From Flavobacteriaceae bacterium (GTDB lineage: Bacteria; Bacteroidota; Bacteroidia; Flavobacteriales; Flavobacteriaceae): a stretch of 25,714 bases of DNA. Location: positions 1-25,714 of the forward strand of contig CATEMS010000078.1 of the NCBI GenBank assembly GCA_949507465.1. Direction: 5' to 3'. Positions 1 to 8,834 of this stretch are shown here, one piece after another. The notes beneath the pieces were generated by a model, which made no database searches, had not been told where the DNA came from, and saw only the letters and a program-made list of their open reading frames with translations. A program made the translations under genes and the position numbers. Each line of letters begins with the position of its first letter. Position 1 is the stretch's first letter.

Positions 1-41
1 AAAAAATCCCCAATTTTAATTCAATAAAATGAGGATTTTTT
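1..41 (-). terminator. Intrinsic terminator downstream of gcvP (possibly bidirectional)
   Basis: Minus strand reads AAAAAATCCTCA-TTTTA-TTGAAT-TAAAA-T-TGGGGA-TTTTTT: a stem with one G-U pair and one bulge, then a U-run at the window edge, 17 nt after the gcvP stop. Confidence 0.75.
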
Positions 42-58
42 AATTTAAACCATATAAT

Positions 59-2908
59 TTAATCTTCCATGTATTGCTCTATTGGTGCGCAGGTACAAAT
101 TAGATTTCTATATCCATATGCATCATCTACTCGCGCCACACTTGGCCAGAATTTATTATCACTAACAAATGCTAGAGGAAATGCGGCCTGTTGTCTTGTA
201 TATGGTAAATCCCATGTGTCTGCTGTGAGCAATGCCTGTGTGTGAGGAGCATTTTTGAGCACATTATTTGCTTCTTCTTTGTTTGTTGTTTTTATCTCAT
301 CACTAATAGATATCATTGCATCACAAAAACGATCTAACTCTTGCAGACTTTCACTCTCTGTGGGTTCAATCATCATGGTTCCTCCAACAGGAAAGGATAC
401 AGTTGGAGCATGAAACCCATAATCCATTAGTCGTTTAGCAATATCTACCACCTCTATACCGTGGTCTTTAAATGGACGACAATCAATAATCATCTCATGC
501 GCTGCTCGCCCTTTTTCTCCTACATACAATACAGCAAAATGACCGTCTAACCGCTCTTTGATATAATTTGCATTCAAGATGGCATACTGGGTAGATTTTT
601 TGAGTCCATTTTCTCCCAACATACATATATAAGCATAACTAATCAAGCAGGCCAATGCACTTCCCCAAGGGGCACCTGAAATTGCTGTAATAGCATGTTC
701 ACCACCGGTTTCAATCAAAGGATTACTTGGTAAAAACGGGGCCAATTGTTTTGCAACACATATTGGACCAACCCCAGGACCACCACCACCGTGGGGTATG
801 GCAAATGTTTTGTGCAAGTTTAAATGACATACATCTGCTCCAATTGCACCTGGGTTTGTTAGTGCAACTTGTGCGTTCATATTTGCACCATCCATATATA
901 CTTGGCCTCCATTGTCATGAATTAAACCTGTTATTTCTTTGATTGCACTTTCATATACACCGTGAGTTGAGGGATAGGTAATCATAAGTGCAGCAAGGTT
1001 GTCTTTATGTTCTTCTGCCTTAGCACGCAAGTCTTCTACATCAATATTTCCTTCTTCATTTGCCTTTGTAACCACTACTTTCATTCCTGCCATTACTGCG
1101 CTTGCAGGATTGGTGCCATGGGCAGAGGATGGAATAAGACATATGTTTCTGTGGTGATCATTTCTGGATTCATGATATGCTCTTATAACCATAAGCCCTG
1201 CATATTCTCCCTGAGCTCCAGAGTTTGGCTGTAATGATGTTCCAGCAAAACCTGTAATTTCTGTAAGTTGCTCTTCAAGTTTTTTCAGCATTATTTGATA
1301 GCCACCAGCCTGTTCTATAGGCACAAAAGGGTGCATGTTCCCCCACATAGGATTGCTCAAAGGAAGCATCTGAGAGGCAGCATTTAATTTCATGGTGCAA
1401 CTTCCAAGGGCAATCATGGAGTGATTTAGTGCTAGGTCTTTGCGTTCTAGATTCTTGATATATCGCATGAGTTCTGTCTCACTGTGGTAGGAATTAAAAA
1501 CGCTATTTTCTAAAAATGGGGTTTGTCTAGCAATACTCTTTGGAATGGAGGTTCCAACACATATTTCTGAAATTTTAAATGCTTCTTTGTGGTTTGCTTC
1601 TGCAAAAAGAGCAATGATTTTGTTGAGATCTTTTAGAGTTGTAGTTTCATTTACCGAGATAGAAACAGTTTCTGGGTCTGGGTAATAGAAATTCATTTGT
1701 TTTGCCTCACTTAAGAATTTTATTTTACTAGCATCTGTTTTTATTGCTATGGTATCAAAAAAGGTTTCATTTGTTTGTGTAAAACCTAAACCTTCTAGGG
1801 CAACAGCAAGTGTGGCTGCATGATTATGAACTTTATCTGCAATATATGTGAGACCTTTAGGGCCGTGATATACTCCATACATGCCAGCCATTACTGCAAG
1901 TAGAACTTGTGCGGTACAAATATTACTTGTGGCTTTGTCTCTTTTTATGTGTTGCTCTCTTGTCTGGAGTGCCATACGAAGGGCCCGGTTTCCTTTTGCA
2001 TCTCTGGTAACTCCAATGATACGTCCTGGGATATTTCGTTTGTAAGCTTCTTTTGTCGCAAAATAAGCTGCATGTGGTCCACCATAGCCAAGGGGAATAC
2101 CAAATCTTTGTGTGGTACCTACTACAACATCAACTCCAAAGGAACCTGGTGCTTCTAATTTTACCAAACTCAATATATCTGCAGCAATTGCTACTTTGAT
2201 TTGGTTTTCATTAGCATTTGCTACAAAAGATTTAAAATCATAAACTTTTCCGCTTTTTCCGGGGTATTGTAATATGGCAGCAAAATAGTCTTTACTAAAA
2301 TCAAAATCTTTGTGATCTCCAACAACCAATTCTATACCAATTGGCGTAGCTCTTGTTTGAAGCAAAGAAAGGGTTTGAGGTAATATATCCTCAGACACAA
2401 AAAATTTATTGACTCCGTCTTTCTTTTGTTGCCTCTCTCTTACCGCAAAGAGCAGTGCCATTGCTTCAGCAGCGGCTGTACTTTCGTCTAGTAGTGAGGC
2501 ATTGGCAAGCTCCATGCCAGTGAGATCTGTGATCATTGTCTGGAAATTCAGCAATGCCTCAAGGCGTCCTTGTGCAATTTCTGCCTGATAAGGGGTGTAA
2601 GCAGTGTACCAACCTGGGTTTTCTAATATGTTTCTTTGGATCACAGGTGGTGTGATGGCTTGATGATATCCAAGACCAATGTAGGTTTTAAAGATTTGGT
2701 TTTTAGAAGCAAGTCCTCCAATGTGCTCAAGAAATTCTTGCTCACTCATTGCTTTATCAAGGGTTATTTTTTTTTCAAGCCTTATATCATCAGGGATGGT
2801 TTGATCAATGAGTTCCTCCATTGTTTTTGCGCCAACAACGTTTAGCATTTTTTGAAGTTCTTCTTTACGAGGTCCTATGTGTCTGAGGGCAAAAGAGTCT
2901 GTATTCAT
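59..2908 (-). CDS. gcvP: Glycine dehydrogenase (decarboxylating), glycine cleavage P protein, single-chain form
   Basis: 949 aa. Shows N-terminal FALRHIGP, YTAYTPYQAEIAQGRLEALLNFQ, TSNICTAQVLLA, SMIALGSCTMKLN and the PLP-lysine motif HLNLHKTFAIPHGGGGPG. Confidence 0.98.
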   Translation of the reverse strand: MNTDSFALRHIGPRKEELQKMLNVVGAKTMEELIDQTIPDDIRLEKKITLDKAMSEQEFLEHIGGLASKNQIFKTYIGLGYHQAITPPVIQRNILENPGWYTAYTPYQAEIAQGRLEALLNFQTMITDLTGMELANASLLDESTAAAEAMALLFAVRERQQKKDGVNKFFVSEDILPQTLSLLQTRATPIGIELVVGDHKDFDFSKDYFAAILQYPGKSGKVYDFKSFVANANENQIKVAIAADILSLVKLEAPGSFGVDVVVGTTQRFGIPLGYGGPHAAYFATKEAYKRNIPGRIIGVTRDAKGNRALRMALQTREQHIKRDKATSNICTAQVLLAVMAGMYGVYHGPKGLTYIADKVHNHAATLAVALEGLGFTQTNETFFDTIAIKTDASKIKFLSEAKQMNFYYPDPETVSISVNETTTLKDLNKIIALFAEANHKEAFKISEICVGTSIPKSIARQTPFLENSVFNSYHSETELMRYIKNLERKDLALNHSMIALGSCTMKLNAASQMLPLSNPMWGNMHPFVPIEQAGGYQIMLKKLEEQLTEITGFAGTSLQPNSGAQGEYAGLMVIRAYHESRNDHHRNICLIPSSAHGTNPASAVMAGMKVVVTKANEEGNIDVEDLRAKAEEHKDNLAALMITYPSTHGVYESAIKEITGLIHDNGGQVYMDGANMNAQVALTNPGAIGADVCHLNLHKTFAIPHGGGGPGVGPICVAKQLAPFLPSNPLIETGGEHAITAISGAPWGSALACLISYAYICMLGENGLKKSTQYAILNANYIKERLDGHFAVLYVGEKGRAAHEMIIDCRPFKDHGIEVVDIAKRLMDYGFHAPTVSFPVGGTMMIEPTESESLQELDRFCDAMISISDEIKTTNKEEANNVLKNAPHTQALLTADTWDLPYTRQQAAFPLAFVSDNKFWPSVARVDDAYGYRNLICTCAPIEQYMED

Positions 2909-2983
2909 AGCATGTTCCTTGGAAAAGGAAATAGTGTTAATTGAACAAATGGATGATATAATTCTAAGCCTAAAATAAAGTTG

Positions 2984-2991
2984 TAAAAGTA
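2984..2991 (-). promoter_or_regulatory. Candidate Bacteroidota -7 box (TACTTTTA) for gcvP
   Basis: TAnnTTTA variant of the TAnnTTTG consensus, 75 nt upstream of the gcvP ATG. No clear -33 TTG. Confidence 0.45.
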
Positions 2992-3013
2992 CAACATAAA
3001 AAAAATAAAAATG

Positions 3014-3043
3014 AAATGTTTAACATTTTGCAAACGTTTACTT
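3014..3043. promoter_or_regulatory. Cluster of palindromic operator-like sites, including a LacI/PurR-type site
   Basis: AAATGTT-T-AACATTT (3014-3028, perfect 7-1-7) abuts GCAAACGTTTAC (3030-3041, a 12-bp palindrome with one mismatched pair and central CG). Confidence 0.45.
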
Positions 3044-3121
3044 TTCAACTAAAAAACCCAGGTTACTAACAATCTTTTTTAAAAAGTATGGATGTTTTAG
3101 AGTTTCAAAACAAGGAATACG

Positions 3122-3129
3122 TAATTTTA
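3122..3129 (+). promoter_or_regulatory. -7 box (TAATTTTA) 4 nt before the GTG start; probable leaderless promoter
   Basis: TAATTTTA-TATT-GTG. Same spacing as at purK, rarA and rlmB. Confidence 0.55.
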
Positions 3130-3133
3130 TATT

Positions 3134-3955
3134 GTGAAATTAATACACTCTTTTTTTTCTTTCTACATAAAAAGCAGTATTCATGTTGCTTTGGGTGTCA
3201 TGGGGCTTGTGTTTGTGACAGGTGTTGAATATGATATTACACTTCCAAACGATTTGTATTGGGTTGTTTTTTTAGGCACAATTACGGGATATAATTTTAT
3301 TAAATATGCTGAATTAGCTGGTTTACAGCACAAAAGTCTTATTAGAAGTTTGCAAAATTTACAACTATTCTCTTTGGCGGTATTTTGTTTACTGGTATAC
3401 TTTTTAACCCAACTAGATATCATGGTTTTAATTCTTTTGGGTGTGCTTGGTTTTTTTGTGATATTGTACGTGGTGCCCTCTGTAAAGGACCAAAACCTCC
3501 GCAAGCTAGCTGGCGTTAAGGTGTTTATAGTAGCCTTAGTTTGGTCTAGCCTTACTGTTTTGGTACCAGTGTATTATGCCAAGGGAGTTGGCCCAGATAT
3601 ATGGCTTTGTTTTACCCAAAGATTTTTTATTGTACTTGCTTTAATTATTCCTTTCGAGATTAGAGACCTACCAGAAGATAAGCGCGTTTTGGTAACTTTT
3701 CCTCAATTACTAGGGGTTCAAAAAACAAAGATTATTGGCGCAGTATTACTCTTTCTCACGCTACTCATTGAAGGATTAAAACAACCCTTTGAGCTTTATA
3801 AAACAGTACCATTAATTATTGTTTGCACGCTCGTAGCTTATTGTTTGCACCACGCTAGAGTAGATCAGTCGAAATATTTTGCTTCTTTTTGGGTAGAGGG
3901 TATTGCCTCTCTTTGGGCAGTGATGCTATGGGTAATTTATTTCATATCAAATTAA
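3134..3955 (+). CDS. Integral membrane protein, UbiA prenyltransferase-like superfamily
   Basis: 273 aa with many hydrophobic segments. Has the Asp-rich motif IPFEIRDLPED followed by TFPQLLG, typical of the second UbiA motif. GTG start. Confidence 0.65.
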   Translation: MKLIHSFFSFYIKSSIHVALGVMGLVFVTGVEYDITLPNDLYWVVFLGTITGYNFIKYAELAGLQHKSLIRSLQNLQLFSLAVFCLLVYFLTQLDIMVLILLGVLGFFVILYVVPSVKDQNLRKLAGVKVFIVALVWSSLTVLVPVYYAKGVGPDIWLCFTQRFFIVLALIIPFEIRDLPEDKRVLVTFPQLLGVQKTKIIGAVLLFLTLLIEGLKQPFELYKTVPLIIVCTLVAYCLHHARVDQSKYFASFWVEGIASLWAVMLWVIYFISN

Positions 3956-4368
3956 GACTCTTGGTTATTTTCTGTCTTCTTTTTAAATCTTAATGGCTGC
4001 TGTGTTCCCCATAGCCCTATGATTAAATTTTCTGTGTCCAGTTTTATGATGTAATAACACTCCCGGGGGGTTGAGTTTGTTTGGATGTATTTGTTTTTTT
4101 CTATTGGCGTATTTTTTAAATTAGTTCCTGCACAAGAATCCTCTATTGTGTACCCAATGTTTTTTTTAACTGCAATACCGTCATACCTATTGATAACGTT
4201 TTTGTCTTCAAAAGTTAGGGTGCTATAGGGATCAAGTGTATTGATCCAAGTGCCCTGTAATTTACTATAAATTAAAACGCTTGACGGGTTATCTACTTCT
4301 TGTCTTGTTGGGTTTTTTTTGCAAGAAAAAAGCAGCAATATAAATAAGGTAATGTAAATGGGTTTCAT
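3952..4368 (-). CDS. Hypothetical lipoprotein, possibly lipocalin-like beta fold
   Basis: 138 aa. Signal MKPIYITLFILLLFS-C16 (FSC lipobox), LQGTW motif, beta-strand periodicity and two further Cys. Starts 12 nt after the M3 peptidase stop. Confidence 0.65.
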   Translation of the reverse strand: MKPIYITLFILLLFSCKKNPTRQEVDNPSSVLIYSKLQGTWINTLDPYSTLTFEDKNVINRYDGIAVKKNIGYTIEDSCAGTNLKNTPIEKNKYIQTNSTPRECYYIIKLDTENLIIGLWGTQQPLRFKKKTENNQES

Positions 4369-4380
4369 ATTTAATTTTTA

Positions 4381-6417
4381 TTACATCAGACCAGCTCTCT
4401 CTAGCAAAGCATCAGGGTTTGGTTGTTGCCCTCTAAATTTAATATACAACTCCATGGGGTCTTGAGTTCCTCCTTTTGATAAGACATTATTTTTAAATTT
4501 GAGTGCTACCTTTTTATTAAATACACCCTCCTTTTTAAAATAAGAAAATGCGTCTGCATCAAGTACCTCTGCCCATTTATAACTATAATAACCAGCACTA
4601 TACCCTCCTTGAAATATATGACTAAATGCAGTACTCATACAAGTCTTTGAGGTTTGTGGATATAGCGATGTGTCTGCAAAGGCTTTGTTTTCAAAGTCTT
4701 TTACTGAGCTTATCTTTGACGGATCACCACTATGCCAAGCCATATCAAGCATCCCAAAACTAAGTTGTCTGAGGGTTTGCATACCCTGATGAAACGTAGC
4801 AGAGGCCTTAATTTTTTCAATGAGCTGCATAGGGATTACCTCACCAGTTTTGTAGTGTGTGGCAAACAATTCTAAGGTTTGTTTTTCGTAACACCAATTT
4901 TCTAATATTTGACTTGGAAGTTCTACAAAATCCCAAGAAACATTTGTTCCACTTAAACCTTTATACCTTGTGTTTGCAAGCATTCCATGAAGTCCGTGAC
5001 CAAATTCATGAAAAAGTGTGGTTACTTCATTAAAAGTTAATAGGGATGGTTTTGTAGCCGTGGGTTTTGTGAAATTACAAACGTTAGAAATATGAGGTCT
5101 ATGATTTATAAGACCTTTTCCATCGGGTGTATCTATTTTTTCTTGTGGCTTGTAGCTTGTCATCCAAGCACCACCTCGTTTTCCTGGTCGTGGATGAAAA
5201 TCTGCATAAAAAATTGCTACAAGGTCCCCATTATTATCTAATACTCGGTAAGTTTTTACATCTTGATGATAGGTGTCAATACTTGGGTCTTCTTTAAACT
5301 CAAGATCAAACAATTTATTAGCTACTTTAAATACACCCTGTATTACGTTTTCTAATTTAAAGTAAGGTTTTAGTTGCTCATCATCTAAACTGAATTTTTG
5401 TTGTTTTAATTTTTCAGCATAATAAGCGCCATCCCATTTTTGTAGTTGGTCTATGTTATCAAGTTGTTTTGCAAATGCTTCTAGCTCATCAAATTCTTTT
5501 TGTGCGGCTGGTTTGGCTTTTATTAATAATTGGTTCAAAAAAGTTTGCACCTTCTCGGGTGATTTTGCCATACGTTCTTCTAAAACGAAATGTGCATGGC
5601 TCTCATATCCCAGAAGTTGGGCTCTTTGATACCTTAGTTGTACAATATCTAAAACCAGTTGTTGGTTGTTTTGCTCATCGTCTTGGAAGGCTCTTGCCCC
5701 ATAGGCTAAGGCTAGTTTTTTACGTAAGGCCCTGTTTTGGGCATATTTCATAAAGGGCATATAACTTGGATAGTCTAGGGTAATCATCCATCCTTTTTTT
5801 CCTTTTTCAGCAGCTGCTTGTTTAGCAGCTTCTTTCGCACCATCAGGCAAACCCTTGAGATCTTGCTCATTATCTAGAAGCAGCTCAAAGTTGTTAGTTT
5901 GGGCTAGCACATTTTCACCAAAGCGTAATCCCAGTTTAGATAACTGTGTATCTATATCTCGAAGTTGTTTTTTTTTCTGTTCAGATAAATTGGCTCCATT
6001 TCTTGCAAATCCTTTGTATTGTTTCTCTAACAACATCTGCTGCTCGTTGTTTAAAGTAAGTGTTTGCTTGTGATCGTAGACTGCTTTGACCCTTTTAAAA
6101 AGGTCTTGATTGAGTAGCAGATCATTAGAGAAATTTGACAATAAAGGAGAAACTTCTTGCGCTATTTGTTGAATTTGATTATTTGTTTCTGCACTATTTA
6201 AATTAAAAAAAATACTGGTGGCTCTATCTAAAGCCTTTCCTGTATTCTCAAGAGCTTCTACTGTATTTTTAAAGGAAGGTGGCTCTTGGTTTTTGGTAAT
6301 AAGGGCTACCTCTTGTTTTGTGATATCAATTAGGGCTTTGATACCCGGCAGATAATGCTCATTTTTAATTTTAGAGAAAGGGGCTAGATCAAAGGGTTGT
6401 AACAAAGGATTATCCAT
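4381..6417 (-). CDS. dcp: M3 family Zn-metallopeptidase (peptidyl-dipeptidase Dcp / oligopeptidase A type)
   Basis: 678 aa. HEFGH zinc motif within TLFHEFGHGLH, plus DFVELPSQILENW, HIFQGGYSAGYYSYKWAEVLDAD and KRGGAWM. No signal peptide. Confidence 0.93.
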   Translation of the reverse strand: MDNPLLQPFDLAPFSKIKNEHYLPGIKALIDITKQEVALITKNQEPPSFKNTVEALENTGKALDRATSIFFNLNSAETNNQIQQIAQEVSPLLSNFSNDLLLNQDLFKRVKAVYDHKQTLTLNNEQQMLLEKQYKGFARNGANLSEQKKKQLRDIDTQLSKLGLRFGENVLAQTNNFELLLDNEQDLKGLPDGAKEAAKQAAAEKGKKGWMITLDYPSYMPFMKYAQNRALRKKLALAYGARAFQDDEQNNQQLVLDIVQLRYQRAQLLGYESHAHFVLEERMAKSPEKVQTFLNQLLIKAKPAAQKEFDELEAFAKQLDNIDQLQKWDGAYYAEKLKQQKFSLDDEQLKPYFKLENVIQGVFKVANKLFDLEFKEDPSIDTYHQDVKTYRVLDNNGDLVAIFYADFHPRPGKRGGAWMTSYKPQEKIDTPDGKGLINHRPHISNVCNFTKPTATKPSLLTFNEVTTLFHEFGHGLHGMLANTRYKGLSGTNVSWDFVELPSQILENWCYEKQTLELFATHYKTGEVIPMQLIEKIKASATFHQGMQTLRQLSFGMLDMAWHSGDPSKISSVKDFENKAFADTSLYPQTSKTCMSTAFSHIFQGGYSAGYYSYKWAEVLDADAFSYFKKEGVFNKKVALKFKNNVLSKGGTQDPMELYIKFRGQQPNPDALLERAGLM

Positions 6418-6470
6418 AAAATAGGCTTTAGGGTCTTGGTGTTTGAAAAAAGATTACAAATAATTGAAAC

Positions 6471-6947
6471 CTAAAGGTTTTTTGCACTTTGTTCAACCTT
6501 TGTTTTCAATCCCTCTTTATATGCTATTACTTTATCTAGCACACAAGTGTCTGCAGTGCTAATCATTTGCGCAGCTAGAATACCTGCATTTTTTGCTCCA
6601 TTTAATGCAACAGTTGCTACGGGTACTCCCCCTGGCATTTGTAGGATAGATAATACCGAGTCCCAGCCGTCTATGCTATTACTTGACTTAACAGGTACCC
6701 CAATGACAGGCAGTGGTGATAAAGAAGCCACCATGCCCGGAAGATGGGCTGCGCCACCTGCTCCAGCAATAATTACTTTAATCCCTCTTGTATGAGCATT
6801 TTTACTGAAGTCAAATAGTTTTTCTGGTGTGCGATGCGCAGAGACAATATCTACTTCAATTTCTATATCAAATCCTTTTAGGATATCTATGGCATCTTGC
6901 ATTACAGGCATATCACTTTTGGACCCCATTACTATTGCTACTTTCAT
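6471..6947 (-). CDS. purE: N5-carboxyaminoimidazole ribonucleotide mutase (class I PurE)
   Basis: MGSKSD, VSAHRTP, AGAGGAAHLPGMVA and QMPGGVPVATV motifs. Directly downstream of purK. Confidence 0.98.
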   Translation of the reverse strand: MKVAIVMGSKSDMPVMQDAIDILKGFDIEIEVDIVSAHRTPEKLFDFSKNAHTRGIKVIIAGAGGAAHLPGMVASLSPLPVIGVPVKSSNSIDGWDSVLSILQMPGGVPVATVALNGAKNAGILAAQMISTADTCVLDKVIAYKEGLKTKVEQSAKNL

Positions 6948-6949
6948 AA

Positions 6950-8107
6950 TTATTTGCTTATTACTTTAATACGTTGTTTTACTTGTTGTGCTATTTCTCT
7001 TGCGGTATCAATATTTTCATTTACAATGGTTACGTGTCCCATTTTTCTGAAAGGGCGTGTTTGTTTTTTTCCATAGATATGAGGTGTGACACCATCCATG
7101 GCCATAATTTCCTTAATATTTTGGTATGCTACATCTCCGGTGTGGTTTTGTTCACCAACCAAATTTACCATTATACCACCTACTTTACTAGCTGTATTAC
7201 CAAGAGGTAGATCCAGCACTGCTCTTATATGTTGTTCAAATTGGTTAGTGTAACTAGCTTCAATACTGTAATGCCCAGAATTATGGGGCCTTGGAGCTAC
7301 TTCATTTACTATAATTTGATCATCAATTGTTTGAAACATTTCTACCGCTAATAGCCCCACATGCTCGAAGGCTTTGGATACCTGTATGGCAATATTTCTA
7401 GCTTTTTCAGCAACTTGTTTGTCAATACGGGCAGGGCATATAACATATTCTACTTGGTTTGCTTGAGGATGAAACTCCATTTCTACAACAGGATATGTTT
7501 TTACCTGCTGGCTTGGATTTCTAGCGACAATAACTGCAAGTTCATTTTTAAAATTAACTAAATCTTCAATAACACATGGGCAATCTGGAAGTTGCTCTAA
7601 TGTTTGTGAAGTTTTAATGACTTGAACACCCTTACCATCATATCCTCCCGTGCAACTCTTCCAGACAAAGGGAAGCTTTAATTCATCATTTGCTAGAGCC
7701 TTTTTTACCAGGCTAATACTGTCAAAAACAGAAAATGCAGCGGTGGGTATGTGATGGGTTTGGTAAAACTTTTTTTGCACCCCTTTGTTTTGAATGTTAC
7801 GCAGTGTGTTTGCGCTAGGATATACTATTTTACCCATCTTCTCTAGAGCTTCTATGGCCTCTAGGTTTACCCCTTCAATCTCAAGGGTGAGAATATCAAC
7901 TTTTTTTCCGAAGTTAAATACTGCATCATAGTTCATTAAATCTCCTTGGGTGAAGTGGTCACAAGAGATTCGGCATGGCGCATCAAAACTAGGATCTAGC
8001 ACATGTGTGGTAATGTCAAATTTGCGCGTTTGGTAAAGCATCATTTTGCCTAGTTGCCCGCCGCCTAAAATTCCGAGTGTGAAATTTGAAGAAAAATAAT
8101 TTGCCAT
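6950..8107 (-). CDS. purK: N5-carboxyaminoimidazole ribonucleotide synthase (ATP-grasp)
   Basis: GILGGGQLGKM, GGYDGKG, NEVAPRPHNSGH and RPFRKMGHVT. Start moved from 8122 to the ATG at 8107 (MANYFSS), because the extra MYLCI codons are the promoter box TATCTTTG. Confidence 0.96.
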   Translation of the reverse strand: MANYFSSNFTLGILGGGQLGKMMLYQTRKFDITTHVLDPSFDAPCRISCDHFTQGDLMNYDAVFNFGKKVDILTLEIEGVNLEAIEALEKMGKIVYPSANTLRNIQNKGVQKKFYQTHHIPTAAFSVFDSISLVKKALANDELKLPFVWKSCTGGYDGKGVQVIKTSQTLEQLPDCPCVIEDLVNFKNELAVIVARNPSQQVKTYPVVEMEFHPQANQVEYVICPARIDKQVAEKARNIAIQVSKAFEHVGLLAVEMFQTIDDQIIVNEVAPRPHNSGHYSIEASYTNQFEQHIRAVLDLPLGNTASKVGGIMVNLVGEQNHTGDVAYQNIKEIMAMDGVTPHIYGKKQTRPFRKMGHVTIVNENIDTAREIAQQVKQRIKVISK

Positions 8108-8111
8108 AATA

Positions 8112-8119
8112 CAAAGATA
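8112..8119 (-). promoter_or_regulatory. Consensus -7 box (TATCTTTG) for the purK-purE-dcp unit; probable leaderless promoter
   Basis: Minus strand reads TATCTTTG-TATT-ATG, an exact TAnnTTTG match. Confidence 0.75.
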
Positions 8120-8138
8120 CATTGTTCTTTCAAATAGC

Positions 8139-8146
8139 TATCTTTG
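8139..8146 (+). promoter_or_regulatory. Consensus -7 box (TATCTTTG) for adk-obgE
   Basis: Exact TAnnTTTG match 74 nt upstream of the adk ATG. Confidence 0.7.
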
Positions 8147-8220
8147 CCGCTATTAATTATTACACAACTTTTTATTAAATACTGAGGTTTAAACACCTTA
8201 AGATTCACAAAACAAAGCAA

Positions 8221-8793
8221 ATGACAAATATCGTGCTATTTGGCCCTCCTGGTGCCGGAAAAGGAACGCAAGCAGAAGTATTAAAAGAAAAATATCAATT
8301 GGTGCACATTTCTACAGGTGATGTATTTAGGTATAATATAAAAAATCAAACACCATTAGGCACACTAGCAAAATCCTACATGGACAAAGGCCATCTTGTA
8401 CCAGATGATGTGACTATCAAGATGTTAAATGCAGAGGTAGATAAAAATCCTAATGTCAATGGCTTTATTTTTGATGGGTTTCCAAGAACTGAGGCTCAGG
8501 CCGAGGCACTTTCCATATTAATGGAAGAAAAGTCTAGCCAAATAAACGCAATGGTAGCCCTTGAGGTAGATGATAAAGTTTTGGTGGCCAGACTACTTGA
8601 GAGAGGTAAAACTAGTGGCCGCGCTGATGATGCTGACCAGGCTATCATCAAAGAGCGTGTTGCAGAGTATTATAGAAAAACAGATATTTTAAAAGACTTT
8701 TACAAAGTTCAGAACAAATATTTTGGTGTCAATGGTGTTGGAAATATCCAAGACATAACAAACCGTTTAAGCGAAGTATTTGATAGATTATAA
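8221..8793 (+). CDS. adk: Adenylate kinase, short-LID type
   Basis: P-loop GPPGAGKGTQA, HISTGDVFR, FIFDGFPRT and a short LID RGKTSGRADD. 190 aa. Confidence 0.97.
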   Translation: MTNIVLFGPPGAGKGTQAEVLKEKYQLVHISTGDVFRYNIKNQTPLGTLAKSYMDKGHLVPDDVTIKMLNAEVDKNPNVNGFIFDGFPRTEAQAEALSILMEEKSSQINAMVALEVDDKVLVARLLERGKTSGRADDADQAIIKERVAEYYRKTDILKDFYKVQNKYFGVNGVGNIQDITNRLSEVFDRL

Positions 8794-8834
8794 GCGGGGC
8801 AAGTAATATAATTTTACCCCACTAATACAAGGGT

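Noticed and set aside
727-2845. Short + strand ORFs inside gcvP (727, 1007, 1907, 2636)
   Set aside because: Antisense shadows of a highly conserved gene, with no motifs or start context.
2909-3133. Glycine riboswitch upstream of gcvP
   Set aside because: The region is very AT-rich and lacks the GGAGA/GCCGAAG aptamer core and any extended pairing.
8108-8122. N-terminal extension MYLCI of PurK in the ORF track
   Set aside because: These codons are the TATCTTTG promoter box. MANYFSS is the more plausible start.
8796-8820. GGGG...CCCC hairpin and TAATTTTA box between adk and obgE
   Set aside because: The stem is weak and mismatched with no U-tract, and the box has no -33 partner. Not enough to call a terminator or promoter.
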